Shown one piece after another: positions 38,915-52,164 of a stretch of 64,000 nucleotides of DNA. Made by a program: the position numbers and the translations under genes. The DNA comes from Eledone cirrhosa (Eukaryota): NCBI GenBank assembly GCA_964016885.1, contig OZ024752.1:7874001-7938000 (forward strand). The letters are read 5' to 3'. Within the stretch, counting starts at the first letter, position 1. Each line of letters starts with the position of its first letter. The notes beneath the pieces are model-generated. The model saw only the letters and a list, made by a program, of their open reading frames with translations. It was not told where the DNA came from and did no database searches.

Positions 38915-39160
38915 TACTTAGATAGAGAGGTACCTCTCTATTAGTTAAATAGAGAGGTTCCTCTATTTAAATAGAGAAGTATCAATATATTACTTAAATA
39001 GAGAGGTATCACTATACTACCTAAAAAGAGAGGTACCTCTATATTTAAATAGAGAGGTACCTCTATGTTATTTAGATAGAGAAGTATCTCTATGTTATTT
39101 AAATAGAGAGGTACCTCTATGTTATTTAAATAGTGAGGTATCTCTATGTTATTTAGATAT
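38915..39160 (+). repeat. ~26-bp degenerate minisatellite with internal palindrome TAGAGAGGTACCTCTCTA
   Basis: Direct inspection. Confidence 0.75.
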
Positions 39161-39299
39161 AATTTTCAACTAATTTTGAAAATAATCAAGAATTTGGAGG
39201 GATTTAGTAATATAACTAACTTTTTCAATATTAAGGTGTTTGGAATTTAAAGGTTCTTACATAAAATGATGGAAGGTTTTAAGCTGAATATAAAATCCA

Positions 39300-42200
39300 T
39301 CCTGTAAAGTGGTTGGTGTTTGGAAGAGTATCCAAGACAAAATATAGATCTGTTGGAGATAGGAAGGGTATCCAGCTGTAGAAACCAAGACAAAATATAG
39401 ATCTGTTGGAGATAGGAAGGGTATCCAGCTGTAGAAACCAGAATAAAATATAGATCTGTTATAGATAGGAAGGGTATCCAGCAGCAGAAACCAGAATAAA
39501 ATATAGATCTGTTGGAGATAGGAAGGGTATCCAGCTGTATAAACCAAGATAAAATATAGATCTGTTGGAGATAGGAAGGGTATCCAGCAGCAGAAACCAA
39601 AATAAAATATAGATCTGTTGGAGATAGGAAGGGTATCCAGCAGCAGAAACCAGAATAAAATATAGATCTGTTGGAGATAGGAAGGGTATCCAGCAGCAGA
39701 AACCAGAATAAAATATAGATCTTTTGGAGTTAGGAAGGGTATCCAGCTGTAGAAACCAAGACAAAATATAGATCTGTTAGAGATAGGAAGGGTATCCAGC
39801 TGTAGAAACCAAGATAAAATATAGATCTGTTGGAGATAGGAAGGGTATCCAGCTGTAGAAACCAAGACAAAATATAGATCTGTTGGAGATAGGAAGGGTA
39901 TCCAGCTGTAGAAACCAGAATAAAATATAGATCTGTTGGAGATAGGAAGGGTATCCAGCTGTAGAAACCAAGACAAAATATAGATCTGTTGGAGATAGGA
40001 AGGGTATCCAGCTGTAGAAACCAAGACAAAATATAGATCTGTTGGAGATAGGAAGGGTATCCAGCTGTAGAAACCAAGACAAAATATAGATCTGTTGGAG
40101 ATAGGAAGGGTATCCAGTTGTAGAAACCAAGATAAAATATAGATCTGTTGGAGATAGGAAGGGTATCCAGTTGTAGAAACCAGGATAAAATATAGATCTG
40201 TTGGAGATAGGAAGGGTATCCAGCTGTAGAAACCAGGATAAAATATAGATCTGTTGGAGATAGGAAGGGTATCCAGCTGTAGAAACCAAGATAAAATATA
40301 GATCTGTTGGAGATAGGAAGGGTATCCAGCTGTAGAAACCAAGATAAAATATAGATCTGTTGGAGATAGGAAGGGTATCCAGTTGTAGAAACCAAGACAA
40401 AATATAGATCTGTTGGAGATAGGAAGGGTATCCAGCTGTAGAAACCAGGATAAAATATAGATCTGTTGGAGATAGGAAGGGTATCCAGCTGTAGAAACCA
40501 GGATAAAATATAGATCTGTTGGAGATAGGAAGGGTATCCAGCTGTAGAAACCAAGATAAAATATAGATCTGTTGGAGATAGGAAGGGTATCCAGTTGTAG
40601 AAACCAAGACAAAATATAGATCTGTTGGAGATAGGAAGGGTATCCAGCTGTAGAAACCAGGATAAAATATAGATCTGTTGGAGATAGGAAGGGTATCCAG
40701 CTGTAGAAACCAAGACAAAATATAGATCTGTTGGAGATAGGAAGGGTATCCAGCTGTAGAAACCAAGACAAAATATAGATCTGTTGGAGATAGGAAGGGT
40801 ATCCAGCTGTAGAAACCAAGACAAAATATAGATCTGTTGGAGATAGGAAGGGTATCCAGTTGTAGAAACCAAGATAAAATATAGATCTGTTGGAGATAGG
40901 AAGGGTATCCAGTTGTAGAAACCAGGATAAAATATAGATCTGTTGGAGATAGGAAGGGTATCCAGTTGTAGAAACCAGGATAAAATATAGATCTGTTGGA
41001 GATAGGAAGGGTATCCAGCTGTAGAAACCAGGATAAAATATAGATCTGTTGGAGATAGGAAGGGTATCCAGCTGTAGAAACCAAGATAAAATATAGATCT
41101 GTTGGAGATAGGAAGGGTATCCAGCTGTAGAAACCAGGATAAAATATAGATCTGTTGGAGATAGGAAGGGTATCCAGCTGTAGAAACCAGGATAAAATAT
41201 AGATCTGTTGGAGATAGGAAGGGTATCCAGCTGTAGAAACCAAGATAAAATATAGATCTGTTGGAGATAGGAAGGGTATCCAGTTGTAGAAACCAAGATA
41301 AAATATAGATCTGTTGGAGATAGGAAGGGTATCCAGTTGTAGAAACCAGAATAAAATATAGATCTGTTGGAGATAGGAAGGGTATCCAGCTGTAGAAACC
41401 AGGATAAAATATAGATCTGTTGGAGATAGGAAGGGTATCCAGCTGTAGAAACCAGGATAAAATATAGATCTGTTGGAGATAGGAAGGGTATCCAGCTGTA
41501 GAAACCAAGATAAAATATAGATCTGTTGGAGATAGGAAGGGTATCCAGTTGTAGAAACCAAGATAAAATATAGATCTGTTGGAGATAGGAAGGGTATCCA
41601 GCTGTAGAAACCAGAATAAAATATAGATCTGTTGGAGATAGGAAGGGTATCCAGCTGTAGAAACCAAGATAAAATATAGATCTGTTGGAGATAGGAAGGG
41701 TATCCAGCTGTAGAAACCAGGATAAAATATAGATCTGTTGGAGATAGGAAGGGTATCCAGCTGTAGAAACCAGGATAAAATATAGATCTGTTGGAGATAG
41801 GAAGGGTATCCAGCTGTAGAAACCAAGATAAAATATAGATCTGTTGGAGATAGGAAGGGTATCCAGTTGTAGAAACCAAGACAAAATATAGATCTGTTGG
41901 AGATAGGAAGGGTATCCAGCTGTAGAAACCAGGATAAAATATAGATCTGTTGGAGATAGGAAGGGTATCCAGCTGTAGAAACCAGGATAAAATATAGAAC
42001 TGTTGGAGATAGGAAGGGTATCCAGCTGTAGAAACCAGGATAAAATATAGATCTGTTGGAGATAGGAAGGGTATCCAGTTGTAGAAACCAAGATAAAATA
42101 TAGATCTGTTGGAGATAGGAAGGGTATCCAGCTGTAGAAACCAAGATAAAATATAGATCTGTTGGAGATAGGAAGGGTATCAGTTGTAGAAACCAAGACA

Positions 42201-42678
42201 AAATATAGATCTGTTGGAGATAGGAAGGGTATCCAGCTGTAGAAACCAGGATAAAATATAGATCTGTTGGAGATAGGAAGGGTATCCAGCTGTAGAAACC
42301 AAGATAAAATATAGATCTGTTGGAGATAGGAAGGGTATCAGTTGTAGAAACCAAGACAAAATATAGATCTGTTGGAGATAGGAAGGGTATCCAGCTGTAG
42401 AAACCAGGATAAAATATAGATCTGTTGGAGATAGGAAGGGTATCCAGCTGTAGAAACCAAGATAAAATATAGATCTGTTGGAGATAGGAAGAGTATCCAG
42501 CTGTAGAAACCAGGATAAAATATAGATCTGTTGGAGATAGGAAGGGTATCCAGCTGTAGAAACCAGGATAAAATATGTATGACAAAGACATGGTCATCAG
42601 ACCTGACTTGTCTCATAACATAACAACCTGTCTAACCCATACAAGCATGGACAATGGACGTTAAATGATGATGATGAT
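39300..42678 (+). repeat. 53-bp minisatellite (~61 copies, 39330-42575) grown inside an RTE/SINE 3' tail
   Basis: GATCTGTTGGAGATAGGAAGGGTATCCAGCTGTAGAAACCAAGATAAAATATA versus element GTTGGTGTTAGGAAGGGCATCCAGCTGTAGAAA; the tail resumes to GGACGTTAAATGATGATG. Confidence 0.95.
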
Positions 42679-42806
42679 AAACGCTTTAAAATAAACAAGA
42701 CAGTATCATAGACTGCAGGGTTGTTTCATGTGGTTTTGTATAAATGTTAATTTACATGTTATTGAATATAGTGAAGAGTGTGGTAATAACGGTACTGAGA
42801 GAGGGC

Positions 42807-42842
<36 letters not shown>

Positions 42843-43179
42843 CTTGTTGGAAAAACTAGCTTGGGCCTAGTGATAAACAAAGAGAAACACTGAATAAAAT
42901 GCCAAAAATAAATGTTAAAATGTCTCCATATTTGAGTAATTGGAGAAAGATTTATATAATTAGCCATGTGAATTATGTGTAAATGGTCATGTCACTCCAC
43001 TAACACTAATAAATGACTGTAGGTTACCTATCTGTGGAGAGATTCGGTTAGACAAAGAACATTCAGAAATTCAGTATATGGCTAGAATGATGATGATCAT
43101 CATCATGGCTAGAGTGATGTACAGTTTATTTTATAAAGATATAACAGTGACATGAAGCCCAAATATTTTGTGCATAAAT

Positions 43180-43497
43180 AACCATTTACATGACTCTATA
43201 TATACTATTGTATTTTCACATTCAAGGCTTTACCTCACATACCATTTACATGACTCTATATATACTATTGTATTTTCACAGTAAAGGCTTTACCTCACAT
43301 AATATCTCACATACCATTTACATTACTCTATATATACTATTGTATTTTCAGAGTAAAGGCTTTACCTCATATAATATCTTACATCTATGAGATTTTGATA
43401 TTATTTATTTTGAGAACAATACTTTAACATCAGTATGAGTAGCTGGTTACAGCCGGTTTGAACAGAGAGAGGTGAGATAATTCTGGCCGGATATGGC
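43180..43497 (+). mobile_element. TTAA MITE partial copy, 3 units
   Basis: Same unit and body. Confidence 0.7.
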
Positions 43498-43641
43498 ACT
43501 AGCAATCTAATACTAGAAATGTTGACAATGATCTGTAAAGGTACGAAAGGGTAGAAGGACCCTTCGTTATGTCAAAGACAGGACAACCTCTTCTGTGCAC
43601 TCGGTGAAGTGTTGACCATTTATAAGCAACTGTACATTATT

Positions 43642-45279
43642 GAGGTGACATGTGACATCACGGTAACTGTGTAGAGGTGACAGGTGACATCGAGGTAAAT
43701 GTGAAGGTGACAGGTGACATCAAGGTAACTGTAGGTAACAGGTGACATCAAGGTAACTGTGTAGGTGACAGGTGACATGTGACATCAAGGTAACTGTGTA
43801 GGTGACAGGTGACATCAAGGTAACTGTAGGTAACAGGTGACATCAAGGTAACTGTGTAGGTGGCAGGTGACATCAAGGTAACTGTGTAGGTGACATGTGA
43901 CATCAAGGTAACTGTGTAGGTGACAGGTGACATCAAGGTAACAGTGTAGGTGACAGGTGACATCAAGGTAACTGTGTAGGTGGCAGGTGACATCAAGGTA
44001 ACAGTGTAGGTAACAGGTGACATCAAGGTAACTGTGTAGGTGACAGGTGGCATCAAGGTAACAGTGTAGGTGACAGGTGACATCAAGGTAACAGTGTAGG
44101 TGACAGGTGACATCAAGGTAACTGTGTAGGTGACATGTGACATCAAGGTAACTGTGTAGGTGACAGGTGACATCAAAGTAACTGTGTGACAGGTGACATC
44201 AAGGTAACTGTGTAGGTGACAGGTGACATCAAGGTAACTGTGTAGAGGTGATAGGTGGCATCAAGGTAACTGTAGGTGACATGTGACATCAAGGTAACTG
44301 TGTAGAGGTGACAGGTGACATCAAGGTAACTGTAGGTGACATGTGACATCAAGGTAACTGTGTAGAGGTGACAGGTGACATCAAGGTAACTGTGTAGGTG
44401 ACAGGTGACATCAAGGTAACTGTGTAGGTGACAGGTGACATCAAGGTAAATGTGTAGGTGACAGGTGACATCAAGGTAACTGTGTAGGTGACAGGTGACA
44501 TCAAGGTAACTGTGTAGGTGACAGGTGACATCAAGGTAACTGTGTAGGTGACAGGTGACATCAAGGTAACTGTGTAGGTGACAGGTGACATCAAGGTAAC
44601 TGTGTAGGTGACAGGTGACTTCAAGGTAACTGTGTAGGTGATAGGCGACATCAAGGTAACTGTGTAGGTGACATGTGATATCAAGGTAACTGTGTAGGTG
44701 ACATGTGACATCAAGGTAACTGTGTAGGTGACAGGTGACATCAAGGTAACTGTGTAGGTGACAGGTGACATCAAGGTAACTGTGTAGGTGACAGGTGACA
44801 TCAAGGTAACTGTGTAGGTGATAGGCGACATCAAGGTAACTGTGTAGGTGACAGGTGACATCAAGGTAACTGTGTAGGTGATAGGCGACATCAAGGTAAC
44901 TGTGTAGGTGACATGTGACATCAAGGTAACTGTGTAGAGGTGACAGGTGACATCAAGGTAACTGTGTAGGTGACATGTGACATCAAGGTAACTGTGTAGG
45001 TGACAGGTTACATCAAGGTAACTGTGTAGAGGTGACATCAAGATAACTGTGTAGGTGGCAGGTGACATCAAGGTAACTGTGTAGGTGACATGTGACATCA
45101 AGGTAACTGTGTAGGTGATATGTGACATCAAGGTAACTGTGTAGGTGACATGTGACATCAAGGTAACTGTGTAGGTGACAGGTGACATCAAGGTAACTGT
45201 GTAGGTGGCAGGTGACATCAAGGTAACTGTGTAGGTGACATGTGACATCAAGGTAACTGTGTAGGTGATATGTGACATC
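43642..45279 (+). repeat. 30-bp minisatellite (~55 copies)
   Basis: GTGACATCAAGGTAACTGTGTAGGTGACAG. Confidence 0.95.
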
Positions 45280-45449
45280 CCAGTAGTTGACAAGTACCCA
45301 TCTTATCAAACCCTACACTGTTCACCTCAGCAAGGTTTCATCTCAGAATGTAAAATATAAATAAATAAGAGAGAGGAAGAATATATGTGAAATGAGGGCC
45401 ACCTTGGGCCATCTGAGAGATCAATAGCACTGATTGACTATTGATTGTA

Positions 45450-47285
45450 TGGGGGGGAAATATTAGGTGTTGTGTTGACGAATCTCAGGAAGCATGGAGG
45501 TTTTAAAGGATGCAGTGTCTCGACAGCTAACAACTGATGCAGGTAGTTTGTCCATGGAAGTTTTAAAGGATGCAGTGTCTCGACAGCTAACAACTGATGC
45601 AGGTAGTTTGTTCCATGGAAGTTTTAAAGGATGCAGTGTCTCGACAGCTAACAACTGATGCAGGTAGTTTGTCCATGGAAGTTTTAAAGGATGCAGTGTC
45701 TCGACAGCTAACAACTGATGCAGGTAGTTTGTTCCATGGAAGTTTTAAAGGATGCAGTGTCTCGACAGCTAACAACTGATGCAGGTAGTTTGTTCCATGG
45801 AAGTTTTAAAGGATGCAGTGTCTCCACAGCTAACAACTGATGCAGGTAGTTTGTTCCATGGAGGTTTTAAAGGATGCAGTGTCTCGGCACTAACAACTGA
45901 TGTAGGGAGTTTGTTCCATGGAAGTTTTAAAGGATGCAGTGTCTCGACAGCTAACAACTGATGCAGGTAGTTTGTTCCATGGAAGTTTTAAAGGATGCAG
46001 TGTCTCGACAGCTAACAACTGATGCAGGTAGTTTGTCCATGGAAGTTTTAAAGGATGCAGTGTCTCGACAGCTAACAACTGATGCAGGTAGTTTGTTCCA
46101 TGGAAGTTTTAAAGGATGCAGTGTCTCGACAGCTAACAACTGATGCAGGTAGTTTGTTCCATGGAAGTTTTAAAGGATGCAGTGTCTCCACAGCTAACAA
46201 CTGATGCAGGTAGTTTGTTCCATGGAGGTTTTAAAGGATGCAGTGTCTCGGCACTAACAACTGATGTAGGGAGTTTGTTCCATGGAAGTTTTAAAGGATG
46301 CAGTGTCTTGACAGCTAACAACTGATGCAGGTAGTTTGTTCCATGGAGGTTTTAAAGGATGCAGTGTCTCGGCAGCTAACAACTGATGTAGGGAGTTTGT
46401 TCCATGGAAGTTTTAAAGGATGCAGTGTCTCGACAGCTAACAACTGATGCAGGTAGTTTGTTCCATGGAAGTTTTAAAGGATGCAGTGTCTCGACAGCTA
46501 ACAACTGATGCAGGTAGTTTGTTCCATGGAAGTTTTAAAGGATGCAGTGTCTCCACAGCTAACAACTGATGCAGGTAGTTTGTTCCATGGAGGTTTTAAA
46601 GGATGCAGTGTCTCGGCAGCTAACAACTGATGTAGGGAGTTTGTTCCATGGAAGTTTTAAAGGATGCAGTGTCTCAACAGCTAACAACTGATGCAGGTAG
46701 TTTGTTCCATGGAAGTTTTAAAGGATGCAGTGTCTCGACAGCTAACAACTGATGCAGGTAGTTTGTTCCATGGAAGTTTTAAAGGATGCAGTGTCTCCAC
46801 AGCTAACAACTGATGCAGGTAGTTTGTTCCATGGAGGTTTTAAAGGATGCAGTGTCTCGGCAGCTAACAACTGATGTAGGGAGTTTGTTCCATGGAAGTT
46901 TTAAAGGATGCAGTGTCTCGACAGCTAACAACTGATGCAGGTAGTTTGTTCCATGGAAGTTTTAAAGGATGCAGTGTCTCGACAGCTAACAACTGATGCA
47001 GGTAGTTTGTTCCATGGAAGTTTTAAAGGATGCAGTGTCTCCACAGCTAACAACTGATGCAGGTAGTTTGTTCCATGGAGGTTTTAAAGGATGCAGTGTC
47101 TCGGCAGCTAACAACTGATGTAGGGAGTTTGTTCCATGGAAGTTTTAAAGGATGCAGTGTCTCAACAGCTAACAACTGATGTAGGGAGTTTGTTCCATGG
47201 AAGTTTTAAAGGATGCAGTGTCTCGACAGCTAACAACTGATGTAGGGAGTTTGTTCCATGGAAGTTTTAAAGGATGCAGTGTCTT
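45450..47285 (-). mobile_element. Second copy of the LINE-derived 61-bp array (~29 units) with higher-order structure
   Basis: Ends ...FKTSMLPEIRQHNT* on -; identical ORFs in the track offset by 364 bp. Confidence 0.8.
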
Positions 47286-47879
47286 TAAAGAATGACAGTG
47301 AAATATCATAACTTGATGACATGTTTATAACCAACGCCTGTTGATTACAGGATCTTCATAACAGATTCCCTCACCCTTCCCAGAGATGAGATTTCCTATA
47401 AAAGAATATTGATAGGAAGGAAGATCCACCATTTCGAACATGTGGGCAGTACTCCAGCATGGGCCATCATTACTTTGTATAAACGGCTTCACATAAGGAA
47501 AGTTAATATTTTCTTCAGCAGTTGTCTTAAACCTTTTCACTTACTAAAGTGACCCTATTTATTTCGATTCTGCCAAGAACCTCAGACTTTTGAAAGGTCT
47601 GTTTACTCAACAAGTTGGCGGAGACCCCCACGATTTTGAGGACCAAATGCTGAGGACCTCTGTTCTCGACACTCCGCGATAAAATGTCATAAGATATTGA
47701 AGGTTGCTAACCTAAAAGTGTCTGTTTATTATTTAAATACTAGAATGAGACAGAAACAATGCACGTGGAGTGTAGAAATATGTCAAACGAAATTATAAAG
47801 ATGAGATCAATACATAAAATAGGTTATTAAATTGATGATTGGTGAAGAACAATAGCAATCGTTTAAGATAGATCTATAA

Positions 47880-47918
<39 letters not shown>

Positions 47919-48449
47919 GGAGATTTAGAGTAAATTTAAGTGGATATGACGGCCTTTTTTTAATTAGAAGCAGCCATAGTTGGGAAAATAATGAACTGTA
48001 AAATGTAAACACTTTCAACTATTGCTCCGCACACAAAAAACACACAGTATCTATCTTTATATATATATAGTTGAAGGAGAGAACAAACAGAGGTACAAAT
48101 GGTCTTAGTTTCACGCTTTATTTTGAAAAGAGGAAAGAAGTATATATATATATATAAAATATATCCATAACATAAATATTTCATCTGATGAGCGAAGTGG
48201 ACGTTTCTGTTAGAATCGTCCAATTTCATGAAACCTTATATATATTTACATAGTATATATATATGGTATGATCTTAATGTTAATTCGTAGAGCTATAAAT
48301 TGGTGTTTATTTTAGAGAAGGTGAAAGAAAACATTACATTTGACAGAGACAGAGATAGAAAGAGAGAAGATGAAGGTGAAAGAATATATATAAAAAGACG
48401 TAGAGTAAATAATGAACAAAGGAGAAGAGGAAGGAGTAGAAGTGGGACC

Positions 48450-48983
48450 AATAATATAGTAAATAATGTTCGAACGGAACGAACCTTTTCACAGACCAGT
48501 TGGTAGTTGTTTGTTGAGATAACATTGCAGTGAATGTGCCACAACAATCGGTCGTTCGTTCTTTTGGCGGTGTATGACCAACCATCCAACCCAACATAAA
48601 CACTGATGTCTTACTGCCGAACCGGCAAAAGAAAACATTCACTAGATCATTTCATGTGAAATAAATAGAAAACTGTGAAGAAATTCATGCTTACATATCA
48701 TCAATGACTGTTTATATATATATAAATATATATATGCGTGTATTTCTATATATATTTAAATCCCTTGCGCCGGGTATAAAATAGAAGATAGAAGATAAGC
48801 AGGAGCGGATATGAGAAGCAGTGTATATTCCGGTGTCGCTTAAAACAATAACAACAATACATTTACATTGACATTTAGATTTATTGGTGAAACTTTACAA
48901 TAAATTCAGAAATATATTTAATTAATTGCTCAAGTATGTATTTTATATGAGTACATATAAATATGCATCTATATATATATGTC

Positions 48984-49014
<31 letters not shown>

Positions 49015-49089
49015 GTGTATATATAAACACACACACATATATATATATATATATACATACACACTCACATGTAGATAAATATATATGTT

Positions 49090-49125
<36 letters not shown>

Positions 49126-49126
49126 G

Positions 49127-49168
<42 letters not shown>

Positions 49169-49194
49169 GTGTATATATATACATATATATACAC

Positions 49195-49246
<52 letters not shown>

Positions 49247-49249
49247 GTA

Positions 49250-49285
<36 letters not shown>

Positions 49286-49582
49286 CATAAATACATACAT
49301 ACACGTATGTGTGTGCGCGCATATATTATCATGTGCTAGAAAATTCTTCTAATATTAATATTAAAATATATGCGAGTACATAAACGAAATTCATTTATAA
49401 ATTAAAAAAAATATATATATTTAAATTTGTAACGTAACTTTTTAAAAATAATTACTGAATTTCTTATTTTTAAATAGTTTAAACATATATACAAATGTAT
49501 ATTGTAGCTAACGTAAAGTAGAATTGTGAGAGGGGCCAGTGGAACGGCTTTCGATGTTGTAAGCGGTCGGATTACTGATAGA
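48450..49582. promoter_or_regulatory. Probable promoter region of the PRAF gene, possibly bidirectional with UBA3
   Basis: Unique sequence with more CpG than the surroundings, upstream of the PRAF ATG. ETS-like TTCCGG at 48828-48833; minus-strand donor-like AT|GTAAGC at 48694. Confidence 0.35.
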
Positions 49583-49764
49583 ATGATGGCGGACTTGCAG
49601 TTAGCTCCACTGCGACCTATTGGCGATTTTCTCATGGAATCGGCACGATTCCAAATGCCAAACATGGTGGAGGCCGATAAATGGACAAAACGAGTGCTAC
49701 GGAACCTACTTTATTACCAAACAAATTATTTCTTAACGGCTTTATTCGTCTTTTTGATAATCGG
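49583..49764 (+). CDS. ARL6IP5: PRA1-family protein (ARL6IP5/PRAF3-like) first coding exon
   Basis: MMADLQLAPLRPIGDFLMESARFQMPNMVEADKWTKRVLRNLLYYQTNYFLTALFVFLIIG, with the PRA1 hallmark NLLYYQTNY and a GG|GTAAGA donor. Could be co-orthologous to PRAF2/PRAF3. No second exon found in the window. Confidence 0.9.
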
Positions 49765-49805
49765 GTAAGAGTTATGTCAAACTGTTTGTTGTTGGACTCG
49801 TGTAC

Positions 49806-49842
<37 letters not shown>

Positions 49843-49858
49843 TATATGTATGTATATA

Positions 49859-49895
<37 letters not shown>

Positions 49896-50298
49896 TGTGT
49901 GTGTTTCGCGAAGATGGTTATTCGCTATGTTTTTGTCTCTGAAAGCTTCATTAATTAAAATTAACATTGAGTATATATATTTATATCGAATTATTAGTAA
50001 TATATATATTTTTCATGTTCTAGCCGATAAGTTGGGCCCATGTTGGAGCACCGCTACCGTAGCTAGATTTTATATTGCCGTCCTTTATTGATATATGAGG
50101 AAATTAGAGACTGTCGGCCTTAGTTGTGTTTGTGGATTCATCTGGGATCTTAGCAGAATGGAGAGGTGATTCTTGTAAAACATCTGTACCCACCCTATGT
50201 AGATAACTTATGTTTTTGACGGCATATTAAACAGCTAGGGGCCCACGAAACCCAAGCTATTGCAGTATTTGGTCCTTATTCATGTTTCAAATTATATA

Positions 50299-50412
50299 CA
50301 GGGTGTCCCCCCCCCCCCAAAAAAAAAAATGTATCCACACTTCAACAGCATTCTAATAAATATTGCCTATACAGGTAATCAAAGTGTGTATACATTTTTG
50401 GGGGACACCCTG
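50299..50412. mobile_element. Tc1/mariner-type MITE
   Basis: TA-CAGGGTGTCCCC ... GGGGACACCCTG-TA; partial copy at ~51835-51904. Confidence 0.7.
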
Positions 50413-51562
50413 TATATCTCTATATTATTAATACTAATTTAGTTGCGGTTGGTGTACTGTCGATATCTCACCGTAAGATGTGTAAAAGACTTGTTGAACA
50501 TGATGTTGGAGTGTGTTCGGGAATTATTTAGGTTTCCTCGGGTTATGTTGATCCAGATGAAATAATTTATTATCAGTTTTTTATATTAATTCGTGTGAAT
50601 AAAGTTCAAAGTTGATAGACCACCATGACAAGGTTCCCTGTCCAACAGATGTCTCGGTGTTACATTGTCTTTTAGAAAGATAAGGGGGAAATAACAGGAG
50701 TTTTACTCCCACACCCACTTCATTTTGTCCATTTTTTTTTCTGTCAAAAAAGTTGTGTAACTTACATAGGATGGGGCCATGTAGAAAATATGGCTATGGG
50801 CTTGTCACTGATGTTGTCAAACGAAATTTGGGAATATTTGTAATTTGTTAAATGATTTATTTATTAAGAGAATCGATTTTATATGTTAAATGTTTGTTGT
50901 ACAAAACTATAGTTAGATATCAATTATGGAATATAACTGTTAGCGATAGTTATATATGTGTGTGTGTATGTATATATGTGTGTATGTACATGTGTGTATG
51001 TATGTGCATGTATATATGTGTGTATGTATATGTAGTGTGTATGTATGTGTGTGCATGTATATATATGTGTGTGTATGTATGTGTGTGCATGTATATATGT
51101 GTGTATGTATATGTGTGTATGTCTGTGTGTGTATGTATATATATATGGGTGTGTATGTATATGTGTGTATGTCTGTGTGTGTATGTATGTATATATATAT
51201 GGGTGTGTATGTATGTGTGTGTGTGCTATATATATATATATATATATATATATAAGCGGTTTATGCGAAATGAATCGGGTAAATCAGACTAGTTATTGTT
51301 GTCTTCAATGAAAATCTATTGTGAATGATAACCCTGTATACATTATATGAAAGTGTCGGGACCTCGACGGCTGAGCTCTTGCCCTTTCTACAGCTAGTCC
51401 CATATATAGAGAGAAAGAGGTCGAATCCTAACAGTCGGGCTTGTTGGTATTCTACCTCTTCAATATATCAATTCTGCATTTCATGTATTGAGTACTTCTC
51501 TCATCTTCCACGTCCTCACACCCTAGACACACACACTCTCTATGTATATAAATATGTGTGTG

Positions 51563-51628
<66 letters not shown>

Positions 51629-51637
<9 letters not shown>

Positions 51638-51822
51638 AAAGGCTTCTACAGGACTAGAATTGTTTCATTCGGGAGAAATCATCAGGAAGCTTCCTAATGA
51701 TTTCTCCCGAATGAAACAGTTCTAGTCCTGTAGAAGCCTTTTCTATATTAAATATTTATACTCTGCTTTGTATTGAGTACCTTACTTACTGTGGTTACCC
51801 CCGATTGAACCCTAAATAAACT
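51629..51822 (+). mobile_element. Fold-back element in (TA)n: hairpin 51629-51750 plus tail, hammerhead-like core in the arms
   Basis: Palindromic centre AAGCTT; left arm on - reads CTGATGA-TTTCTCCCGAAT-GAAACAATTCTAGTC. Confidence 0.7.
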
Positions 51823-52164
51823 TTATATATATATGTGTCCAAAAAATGTATACACACTTCAACAGCATTCAAATAAATGTGTATACATTTTGGGGGACAC
51901 CCTGTATATATACACACGCACACACCACAGACAGATATATATATTATATACACACAGACACCAGAGACATATGTGTGTGTGTGTGTTAAGTATTTCTGTA
52001 GAAAAGATAAAGGGAAGAAGAGTGCTCTATATTGTACAGAGCTATTTAATTATATAATATTTCTGTAAGGATCGTCTAGTTTCCTGAAACCTTTGGTAAT
52101 GTAATAATTATATTGTGTTGTTTATTATGTCATATATATATAATGTATGTGGTGTCGTTGAGTG

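Noticed and set aside
39257-42597. 979-, 955- and 700-aa ORFs
   Set aside because: They are translations of a stop-free 53-bp minisatellite in all three frames, with no protein features.
47960-47977. ATGGCTGCT as the UBA3 start
   Set aside because: In-frame stop after five codons and no donor site.
48176-48245. CTGATGA...stem...GAAA near the promoter
   Set aside because: Stem II is plausible but stems I and III do not pair; at most a decayed remnant.
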